Position numbers and translations under genes: made by a program. Under the pieces are notes generated by a model. It ran no database searches, was not told the origin of the DNA, and saw only the letters and a program-made list of their open reading frames with translations. Shown here one piece after another: positions 1 to 11,300 of a stretch of 64,000 nucleotides of DNA (the stretch's first letter is position 1; every line of letters starts with the position of its first letter). Origin of the DNA: Amphiscolops sp. MND2022 (Eukaryota); assembly GCA_964187785.1 (NCBI GenBank), contig OZ076409.1, forward strand, positions 25,546,001 to 25,610,000, given 5' to 3'.

Positions 1-260
1 TCGATGGTCCCGACAACGATGGACAGCTAAATTTTCTATTCACAGACCCACGTCTTTGCCTCAGCTTCGGATAAAGATAGATGAAAAGGACACCGTTTTC
101 CCTTCGTTCTCTTTTTATTATACCTGAACATAGATTACAGCCAATAGCACAAAAAAGAAGCAGAAGATGGTTACGGTAATCGAATTGCATTGATGTGTAA
201 ATTCCCTTGAATGTTCAGTTTTTTCCGTTTTTCCAAAATTCGGCTTCACGCTAGATAAGA
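1..260 (-). CDS. Second candidate TM exon (260-124) plus cytoplasmic-tail exon (64 to <1)
   Basis: Pyrimidine-rich phase-1 acceptor ggttag|TC; ...SITVTIFCFFFVLLAVIYVQ|gtataa; 59-nt intron ending in AAG; then LRQRRGSVNRKFSCPSLSGPS, open to the window edge. Confidence 0.45.
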
Positions 261-399
261 CTAACCAGATGCAATGAAGAAAATGGAAGTAATGAAGGAA
301 ACACAAGTTTTTTAATTGACAATTAAATTGTACATTAATAGAGTGCTGCTGGTTTGGACACGTTGAAACCAAGCCTACGCGGGTTTTCCTCCCATACAA

Positions 400-660
400 A
401 AACAGGTCAATCATACTCTGCCATCATACTCACAGTATGTTTCCAGGCTGATCATACTCTGGACCATAAAGGTTTATGGTTCCAAGCTGACCATACTCTG
501 AACATATATGGTCCAGGCTATGATACGACATGTTCCATAAAAAAAGCAAAGTTTATGGTTCCAGCCTGACCATATTCTCGGCCATATATGGTTCAGTCTA
601 TGATCAGCCTGGGACCATAAACCTTTATGGCACAAAGAATGGTCAACCTGGAGCCATGGA
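400..660. repeat. Foldback cluster of ~30-bp imperfect units in both orientations
   Basis: ggttcca(a/g)gctga(c/t)catactctg units; 582-655 is the reverse complement of about 440-512. Confidence 0.7.
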
Positions 661-1027
661 AATAAAATTAGGATAATGTAGTCAATTAACGCATACAGTG
701 AAGATATTACAAGATGTTCCTCAACCAAAGGTGCAATACAATCACCAAATTGAAAACAAGGTAGCAATGATCAAATTTTGGCAGCTTTTGAATTGTTGGT
801 AGTTTTTCTCAAAATAATCGAACATCACACTGCAAAGTGGTACTTCTATAACAAAAGAGTTAGTTATTAACTAAGGAGTGGCTGAGAACAAATTGATAAG
901 ATTATAGTTTGTCTTTAACTCCGCTTAGAGCTTAACGGAGTTCTGACCTGCAATGTATCGTTCGCAGATACAAAAAGTCGAATGTGGCTCTATTGCCCTC
1001 AACCTATAAAGCTGGCTGTTCTCAATA

Positions 1028-1210
1028 CAGTCAAACTTGGATAAAAAACACATAAGGTGGCCAGAAAAGAGTTTCTTTTAATCATAGTTTCTTTTATCAG
1101 TCGTCCTATTAGCGTGGAAAGTTTGTCTCGCAATAAAAGCGGAGGAATAAAGACGTTTCTTATTTTCGAATGTTTCTTTTATCCGTGTTTCTTTTATCCG
1201 AGTTCGACTG
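1028..1210. mobile_element. Tc1/mariner(pogo)-type MITE
   Basis: TA|CAGTCAAACTTGGATAAAA ... TTTTATCCGAGTTCGACTG|TA: TIRs with a TA duplication. Confidence 0.8.
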
Positions 1211-1774
1211 TATTTGAAAGTTTTTGTTTTGGTTACATGTCACGTCAACCCGCGTTTGGAACAAAAATATTTCTCTGTTGTATTTGGTTTTTATCAGGCT
1301 GCTTCAAAAATTCATTCGAAATTTGGCGGCAATTTCAAGCCGTGAAATTCTTCATATTTCATTTTGCATCAGCTGAAATTTTGAATGCAGCTGAGACGTT
1401 AACATTTTTGCCGCCACTTTAATGCAATATAAATCCAGCCACGTTATAAACTGCAAACTAGCGTCATCTTCAGCGTGCTGTTTGAAAACAAGGTACGAAC
1501 ATCAGACAACTCGTTGACAAACCAAAGTTAATTACAATGTGATAGTTTCGGTGACGAAGTGGGAAATATGTTCAAATTTAATTGCTGCAGAGAAAAATGC
1601 AGTTATCCTACAAGATTTACCACCGGAACCTTTCTGACTTTTCAATCAATCGTGAACTTCTGTAATGGAAACTGCTAAAAGTTTTTATATGTTGCAGGCC
1701 TGAGTGCTGGTTAATTTTCATTTTTATGACTGTTCGACTGTACTAGAAGAGTTACTCATATCATCAAGAGTAAC

Positions 1775-2030
1775 CCACAGTTGATAAAGTGCTGTTGTAA
1801 TATTCCGGGAATGTTTTGCTGGAATAGTTTTAGTACTCGGTAGAATCTTGGAATAGGTTATAGTAATTTATTGGTAATTTGCGTATAGTTGCTTTTCGAC
1901 AAATCCTGAAATATCTGTGAGGATCTGTGCAGATCTGTACAGGTTCGCAGGGAGTGCTCAACATGGGAATAGCTATTGAATGATAAAGTTTGTTTTTGCA
2001 GAAATTCACTTGAGTTCTCAAAAGACGGAA
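1775..2030. repeat. Dispersed repeat with an inverted relative at about 11800-12160
   Basis: gttgataaagtgctg versus cagcactttatcaac; gcagggagtgctcaacatggga versus tcccatgttgagcactccctgc. Confidence 0.7.
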
Positions 2031-2228
2031 ACGTGGATAGAGATAAAATTAATATGCTTCTTTTTTGATAAACTAATAGAAAGTGGCAACCAATATGTTC
2101 AATATTTACAAAAATGTACAGAAAAATTTATAAATTCCGCGTAATATGATATTCTATTTTGCTTTGGTCTGATTGAGTTCGGACCAGAGTTCATCCAACC
2201 AAATTGATCTCGTTTCACCATTGGACGT

Positions 2229-2392
2229 TCAAAACTTTCGAACGGACTTGTGACGTTTTCCGAAGTGATATTTCTTTAGATAGAGCCAGAGAAGCAGCAC
2301 AGACAGAAAGAAAAAGGTGAACTTCAACAGTTCCTCAACAACCCCGGGAGAATAGCTCTGGATTTGAATTATTGTCAGTTCCTCTCTCTTTA
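2229..2392 (-). CDS. Candidate terminal exon: TM helix and short basic tail
   Basis: gtgtttttag|TA phase-1 acceptor; ...LLKFTFFFLSVLLLWLYL KKYHFGKRHKSVRKF stop. Confidence 0.6.
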
Positions 2393-5300
2393 CTAAAAAC
2401 ACACGTTGCCAGACATACAAAACAATGAGACGTCTGATACGACTCATTTGAGAAAGTTTCTGTTATGTTCAAAAAATTCGTCAAGATGGATCTTTAAGCT
2501 TCTGATGTCCTTGAGTAGTATTTATAAGATGACCCATGATTGTGGTTCTCGGATGCTTTTCATTCAAACTAAATGCGGTTTATAAGAAGCTATAACGTTA
2601 TAAAAGTCTGCTTGATATAACCAGAGCCGCATATGCGGTAAAGGAGTCGACTTAGGTCTTTTTCCTTCTGACTCGCTCGAATCCCAGTCATACGAATTTA
2701 TTGAAATTGCACATATAGGACCATATTATTTTGTAGAATGACTGTAGAAAATTTCGTTCGAATCGTATGGACAGTTTTTGAGAAAATCGAAAAGAAGTCG
2801 AAAAATGGCTGTTTTTGGCCATTTTTAGGCTAATTTTGTCTGTTTCTCACATCCTGGTCATACGATTTTGATGCCATTGTGCACGCAGGGGCGCCTTTGG
2901 GTGCAGAATGATTGTGCAAAATTTTATGAAAATCGTACAAACAGTTTTTGAGAAATTTGAAATTTTCATTGAGAGGTCGGGAGAAAAAAACGACACGATT
3001 GCATAAGTAGTCGAAAATTTTTTCCGACTATAAAAAGTTTTTCTGACTCCTAAAAAAGAAGTTGGTATAAAAACTGGTATATAAAAAAGAAGATATAGTG
3101 TTCATTTGGTTAGCATGACTTGGATTTGCAAACCAAACCAAACCAATATGAAACTGTCATCGAAATTGTCAGCATGGTTGAGTTCACTTTTTAGCTCATA
3201 AGATGATGCCTATTCTGAAATTTCATTTGTTATTCACATCATTCAGATTTTCACGAATCAGAAAGAGAAACATTCGCACCTTGCAGTATCTGTGACTCTT
3301 CTTCTCCACCTGTGATGATGATCGGATTTTCAAGATGCAGCCTGTATTGCTTCGATCCGAATGGAGCGATCTCGTGTTCAATTGATCTTCTCTTTCTTGC
3401 TCCATCGGTACACTCACTAGGGTCTACAAAATGGGGCACGATTCATCAATAAATGACGTTAAAAAGTTTAATTTTATCAATTTTTGAGACTTTTTGGATT
3501 TTCGAATTCACACACTCATTGTGCATTGAATTGTGTATATACAACTCATTGTGTTGAAGATAGTCTCTTTAAAGCAAGTGCATCATTCAAATTCGGTCGT
3601 CTACAAACTATCTCGAAAGTTTTCATGAATAGATAAGTTAGGCTATGAACCTTTTATTGCGCAATAAGCTTCACCCTGAGGACAAGCTCTGACGTCACAG
3701 TGGAGATAAATGCCGTTGCTGGATATTTCTCCGTTGAACACCCACGCGAAGGCGGTGAAATGGAAGGCATAGGCCAAGGGGGTGTCAACCAGGTCACGTT
3801 CAAACGTCGCGTCTGTTGGGCATCTGTTAAAAAAGAACGAAATCTAAACTAAGAACCTTGAAGCTGCAAAGCTCTCATGTTAGTTTGAACCTCAATTTCC
3901 ATCCAAATGGAAGCATGTCCAGCCTCGAGCTACTTATACATGTGTTGCCTATGTCAAAAGTTAACATGTTAATGATTAGCTATTCCTTGGAATAATCGTG
4001 GGAGAATCATACAGAAAAATGAATTACCGTGAAAGATCTTGCGAGATTACTGCAAGGATGCATTTTTTTACCAGAGCAGTTATTTAAAAACTTGTCTAAC
4101 GGGATAAAATTGAATCTTCATCGGAAGAGTGGGAACCCATTTAACGTTTAAGCTACTCGGTTATTTCGTAGTATTTATCTAAGGAAATTTATCATGATTC
4201 TATAAAACACTGATCGAAACGTTTCATGGAAACATGTAAAAAGTTCATGCTGAAACTTTTGGTTGCCATAGACTTTCATCAAGCTGTTTGGAAGATGCTT
4301 TCTAAGTAGGGGAGCAATTGAAAATTGGCAGGTTTTATAACGCATTGGTTCTTTCCAGTATGTTCGAATAAGGTCGTCATGTTACGCCTATACGCGGACC
4401 TCAGTGTCAACGGTTTTTAACCCAGTAACTTCTGGCAAGTTGAAGGTACTCAATATTAATGGTTTGCCGTTTTTTTTCAGTCAGCGCTTTTCTTGAAAAG
4501 AGCCGACTATAGTCAAGGCTTTTCGTCAGTGTTTTTTTGTTTTCATTTTTCGATACATCTGAAGTGACCAACATTACAGTGCACAAACAAGCTATTTTGC
4601 TGCTTGTCGTGGAATCCGGGACACGAAAATTGAGAAAAGTCGTGGAATCCAGGACAAAATTTCTCTTTGATGTTAAGCGTTTCTTGGATTCCACGACAGT
4701 GCCTGTCCTGGATTCCACGCCAATACTGCTGCTATAATGACACTTTTGCCGCTGCTCTCTGATTGGTCCGCTGATTTTGAATAATCATTTTAAATTAATT
4801 CAATTTTATATCAAAGGAAATTGTTTTGATTGACACGAAAAATCCCAAAGTACGAATAGAGATACTCATGACTGGTACCAAAATTGAAGCATGTCATCAA
4901 AAAATGGCAGATTGTGATGATCTGGCAGTTTGTTCAAAACGGTACTAAACTTGAAAATACGAATATTTGTGTAATATAATATTCATTTTGCATGATCATT
5001 ATTAGAAAGGCAAAAGAACTTGAATTAAATCAATTTTATATCAAAGAAATTGTTTTGATTGACACGGAAAATGCCAAAGTACGAATAGAGTTCTCGTGAC
5101 TGGTACCAAAATTGAAGCATGTCAATAAAAAGTGGCAGATTTTGATGATCTGGTAGTTCTTCAAAACTGGTACTAAACTGAAAAACAGTAATATTTGCGT
5201 AATATAATATTCATTTTGCATGATCATTATTAGAAAGGCAAAAGAACTTGAATTAAATCAATTTTATATCAAAGAAATTGTTTTGATTGACACGGAAAAT

Positions 5301-8300
5301 GCCAAAGTACGAATAGAGTTTCTCGTGACTGGTACCAAAATTGAAGCATGTCATAGTGGCAGATTTTGATGATCTGGCAGTTCTTCAAAACTGGTACTAA
5401 ACTGAAAAATACGAATATTTGTGTAGTATTGGTGTTTGTCTGAATCATTTTGATTTAATTTACGGAAAGTAGTGCAAAATATTATGTTTGTTCAGTCTTC
5501 CACTTGAATCTGAGGTGCCGCTTATCGCGTCAAGCACAAAGTCGTGGAATCCAGGAAATTTAATGTTTCTGCAATCTGATTGGTTCATTTTGCAAAATTT
5601 ACGCTTTTGTGGAATCCGGGACACCGCTGCATGCCGACAGTGCGTACAGCTAAGCATTTGTTACTGGACTCCACGACGAAATCCGTGGAATCCGGGACAA
5701 ATGACGTAATTGGCCAATTTTGCACGGTTAAAGGTATGGTCGTGGAATCCGAGGTATTGAAAGCACAAAATTGTGCTTTGAGCAAATTTAGCTTGCCTGT
5801 GCACTGTAATGAAAAGAGTTCTACTGTTGGATTTTTAGATTTTGGCGCTTTAATAAAAATCCCATTAAATTGCATGCGGTTCAGATAATAGTTTAGTGAA
5901 AGAAGCTGAAAAGACCAACTGTTGCGTGTTTTGATGATGCATATTTGGCAAACATGGTGTTTACTTAGTAGGCAATACTAAAATACAGGTCATGAAGTGA
6001 CGTCTACAATGAAATTGTTCGATTCGGCTAAGTCAGAGTTGATCGCTTGGAGAAATTTTCACTAAGTTTTTATTTTATGCAAAGACGGGAGGCATGTAAA
6101 AAAGGGCGATCCACCGTCCCGGAAAACTACCGAACCGATCCCGCTAGAATTTGGCACAGTTACACTTGAGCTGTTATGCTACTCGTTTATGAAAACGAAA
6201 CCGAGCCGGTACCACCAGCCCCGGATTATTAGCACAGAAAGTGACCCAGGTCGAACCCTCTACGAACTCAACGACGAAATACGGATCAAGTCATTTAACA
6301 TATGGAATGGATAATCCATAAGATATTAAGCAATTTGAGCACATTTTCGGAACACTACGACGAGCATAGGAGGAGCACGGACCCTATGTAAACAAACCCC
6401 GATGGTTATGTAAGTCGCCGCCTGTTGACTTGAGGACCATGGAACTGACGTGACGTGTTCATCTACCAACCCTAAATAAAACACACGAAAGACACAATAT
6501 TTGGCTCATGTCACGAAGAATATCGTTTGTTTAATGCAAGCGTGACAGGACCCGAGGGCATGACCGATGAATGAAACCGTATTCGTCGACCATACGGGCG
6601 TAACAACCTTAAGTAAACAACTTTATGAAACCATACACATGTCATGTAACCCGAGAATCATTGACCCTAGTACAATATGACTTGACATGTAGCAACTTTT
6701 TGATGAAGGCAAATAACTTCAAGGTCACAGACGGGCTTCAAGGTCATGTTAGATGCAACCCCTGAATACATAGGAAACGGATCTTAAAACATGTAAATCA
6801 GCTTCGTTTGCGCGATAATTTATGCATTTAGTCAGGCGAGAAGATTTGCGATGAAACGCACTTAGAATGACAGAAAAGTAACACTTACACGTATAAAGTA
6901 TGTAAGCAATGTAATTCAAGGTCAATAAATAATAGTCCTGGCATTAGCATTATCTTGGGTGACTTGAATTATTATTGAAATGTGAACTTTGTACAACTAT
7001 TGTTGAATTACTTGTCGTTAACGCCAAAGAGTGTTTAGTCAAAGTATAATCAGAAGCGACCACCATACTATAAGAAGAAAAGACAAACATGAAGGTAAAA
7101 GCATGCAAACTTAAGTCGCCGGCGCCCAGTAATGCAAACGTCAAGTATGATAGATTGTCAAGATGAGATCACCAGAAACACCAGAAACAAATATAATTGA
7201 AGCGGAATTGAAAAATACTGAATAGACACAACCAAGTTAGAGAGCTAGGATTCAGTTGAGCCTCGGGATGGGGGCAAGAGAGGGACTTGACAATTGTTTA
7301 TTCAGTTGACTGGATCGTGAAATATATTCGCTGAACATTCTATTAGAAGATTGTCTTTCTTTACCGTTTTCTGTGATTTTATATTGATTTCTTAACTCGA
7401 TTATCCTAAAACACAGTCTCGTTGCGAATATAGGGCCGATAGAGCAATTTGGACAGAACTAATGTCAAGCTAGTCTTATGAGCAGAAGCAAGAACTCACC
7501 GTACAAAAAACCTTTTCTGATAGAGTTAGATCCTTGGGAAATCTCTCCAGCCTCGCTATCTAAATTCTCTACATCTACCAAAAGTTCTACAATTTTTATA
7601 AATTGCCCCTGTTGGCTCAGGGAGCTGAACCAAAAAGGTTTCCCGCGTAACATACAATACCGGACGAGACCAAATGGCCCATCTTTCAGTTTTTTCGTCA
7701 TTGCGAGACTTTTTTGGGAAAAAATGTTGCCCATAGGGTCCCCCTTCTTTTTTTTCGGCATTGTAAGACTTTTTCAAAAAGTTTTTCGGGTGCTGTAGAA
7801 GAGAATACTTTGACACTTTAATGTCTTTTTGCTATTTTTGAGCGTTAGATATGGCGCCGACTTGGGCCGGTCCCGGCTTGTTAATGTTGGTACCACACTG
7901 AAGTCTGAAAAGGTTACAAAGTGAATGACTCCAAATGAAGTTATCAGTGGCTTCTAACGTATCACTCTGCAGATTGTACCGACTGACGTCATCGGCGTCA
8001 CTGGTTTGGGTGGCCCAGCAATCTGTCGTTATCACTTCAAATGAACTTAGAGTCGACTGCGCTGATATCATCACGTAAATGTTGTTTCCCATTGCAATCT
8101 TCGGCGATTCCCTGAAAAATGAACAAGAATATGATGGTCAGGAAAAGTTCGTTAAAAAGTCTTTTGTCGATTATCTATAGAATCAATCTAAAACCATTGA
8201 GCTAATTCATGATCTCAAGCTATTGAAGTCTTAAGCAGGGCATCTTCTAGCTTGATAAATTGCCAGATGGTCTCCTTTGATTATGTTAAGGGCTGATATA

Positions 8301-11300
8301 AATCATTTGTTTTTTTTTGTATGAACCAGAGAAAAGCCTTATTATTAGGAAAATTTATACCATTTTGCCTAAATTTTGTCAGTCTAGGAGCAGACTCGGG
8401 TGTCCCGCATCGCAACTTATTGAGCACCAACAAAAAGATAGCGATGAAAAACGTTCAAAACGTTTAATATTGCTTACTCTAGGTAAGGAGTCGTGTATTT
8501 GTAGTTTGTGTAAATTTCCATTTTGAAGGGAATTTCACCAGAGCGGGAAACTGCGTAGACATTCTGTTGAACATTAGCTGTCTTTCCAGTCGCATCTCCC
8601 TCGGAGTTGTAGAAGCAGTAGGCTGGAATCTGCCAGCTTTTCAGAGCAAGCGGGTCCGTGCTGCTTGTCAGTGGATCTTCTTGGGCTCGAGCGATTTTCT
8701 GCTGGTAAACTACATCTTGGGAAGTGAAGGTTTCTGGAAAAGGATTTCAAAATCAGATATTGAAATTGCGAAATTGGCAGGAACTCAAATTTGAAGGAAA
8801 ATTTTTTGGAAAAGTTCCAACAGACTTATAGCTTTAAGAGAAGTTTCAAAATAAACATTTGTGCAGATTTGAAAATTGGTGATGGTGATAAGTTTATTTT
8901 TGACAGATGTTCTTCACACATTTTCAACCTTACAGTTTACAATTTATCCATTAGTCTATTAGTTTTTAAAATGTTAGCGAGGTGATTTGGGAAGAAAACT
9001 TTATTTATCTTCTAACAGAGTATCGTTTTTCGAGGAAAAATTGGCCAGAAAAAAGTTATACAGACGTGTCGGCGTTTGAGATTCCAGAAGTTGTTGGAAT
9101 GTTCCACATTGGGTGACGTCAGTAGCTAGATCCAGGTTCAAGCTCCAATAAGTGGATCGTAACCAAAACAAGTCGTTGGAAACCACCAACGGACAAGATC
9201 TATCAATGGCCGCCAGAGAAGGCAAGGCTGGAATATGAAAGAATTCGAATCTATTTCGGTCAAAAATATTGTACACGTATCTCCGTACAACTCCCAGATG
9301 TTTTCTGCAAAACTCGAGCACATTTGTAACAAAATGTGTCGACTAAAAAACTGAATTGAAACACTTAGCAGCTTAATAAACACTTGAAACATCTGCTTTT
9401 TTGGTAACCGGGTATTTTGTTGTTCACTTTCATGGTGTCACCTCACACTAAGCAGTTTCTACTCAGTCAATTTCAAACGTAGCCATTTTAGATTTATACT
9501 TATTTTTAATCAGTGCCCGAAATTTTTTTGTCAGACCACAGACATCACACTGAATGGTTCACTTTTTACAGACTTTACATCTAGAGTACTAGAGGGTACT
9601 CGAGGAGGCCAATAGGGTAATATTTTTGACTTTTTCATAGTTTTTATCGTATACTCGATACTATATGGGACTAAAGTCCCGTATCCTCCTTATAGTGTTT
9701 TCGGCACTGTGCAACTTTTTCTCCTGAAATTTGCATAATTTTACTGAATGGTCACATTTCGATTTTTTGAAATGTTTTCAGTTAGGGCAATACGTTTCAA
9801 GAGCGTAAAGGATCCCCTTCAGGTTTTCTCCAAAAAAATGAAAAACAGCCTTCGCGAATTTTTTTTGATGATTTCTGTTAGAGATGAGCGTTTTCCGAGC
9901 ACAACAGGCACCCTTTGGGCATTTTCGGCATGCTTATTTTTGTGAGATTTCAGAACGAAATTGCAGTATGCTGAAAATGCAACAGATTGAGGATGTGAGC
10001 CGAAGTTGCACAGGATGAAATATTCTGCAATCCTATTTTAACCTCATTTAAATGATTCTGTCAATGAAAACTTCTCACCAATTGATGCGAAGTCGAAGCT
10101 GAGACCAAAAATACCACCATTACTTGATTGCGCAGTGACACTGTAGAAGAATTGATCGCTGTTGCCTGTCGAGGCAGTGTTTGAACATGTAGCCGCGGGT
10201 CCAAGACATGTTCCAGCGGGTCTGGATAGAAAAGTGATCATCCGACTCGTTAATGAAATAGTAAATAATAATTTTCGGTACTCTTGCTTTGCTCATGGGA
10301 GGAGGGAAAGCAAGATTATTCATAAAGTTAGCTAGTTTTTGTCACGGCGAGTCTCTCAACTAAAATTCTAAGTGTTTGACCTGAATGTCTCCAAACTACA
10401 AACAAACATTGAAACCTATTTTTTGATAAATTCAAAAAAGACCATCTAATAATACTAGCTACAGGCATGGAATGCGGGAAATACAGGAGCAACTTGCGTT
10501 CTACGTGATCGTAAATTGTTGAAGTCCTCTAATTCATTTGTAATCTTTTTTGTTCAGTTTACACCAACTTTTTGAATCGTGTTGTTTTTAAAGTATTCAT
10601 GGTATTTCAAAAGTAATTTTGTGTTTTTTGTAATCTGTCGTGTTCAAGCTTTTGTGGTTCACTTCTTCAAAAAATTAACAACAAGTGCTTCGCAACCAAG
10701 ATGTGTTCGAATTCATCAATTGGTTAAAAGTTAATAGAAAATGAAAACAATTGAAACTGGACTTCTTACGTAAATTGGATGCCACTTAAGCAGTTGGGAT
10801 CACTTCCAGCAAGTTCGTACAGCACACTCGTTGTGACGTCAATGAAGTTCTCTTCGGCTTTAGAGTCATCGGGACTCCCCGTGAAGCCAGCTTCACTGCC
10901 AGCTACCCAAACGGACGTCTGTTGGTCACCGTAAACCTGGAAGCAGAAATCAACAGCATTAACTTAGGATAAGTTTACTAAAACGCAATTTGAGAAGTGA
11001 GTTACTTTGATACTTAAAAAATTGAATGAAGCGATTTTTTAAACTTGAAAGCACTGCAGTGAAGCAAAAATTTTGATGATTCATGAAAATTTATGGTTCA
11101 TCTGAACTTAACGCAGATGAAATGCAGAAGTAGCTTCTGTCAAAAACTGGAAATACAATGGCTCCAATGGATAAGCTCTTTTGACCTAAATCAGAGCAGC
11201 CTGGAATAATTCATAGAAAATACAGGGACTTTTGTGATTGTATACCTTATAAATCAGAGCCAGACCCTGGATGCAGCTTTCGCCCTGATTCCAGTAAACC

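Noticed and set aside
400..660. Short ~30-bp repeats resembling a CRISPR array
   Set aside because: Units are degenerate, occur in both orientations, have no unique spacers and no cas genes, and the context is eukaryotic.
4407..5888. ORFs with repeated VVES/LDST peptides
   Set aside because: They are translations of the MITE's subterminal GTGGAATCC repeats.
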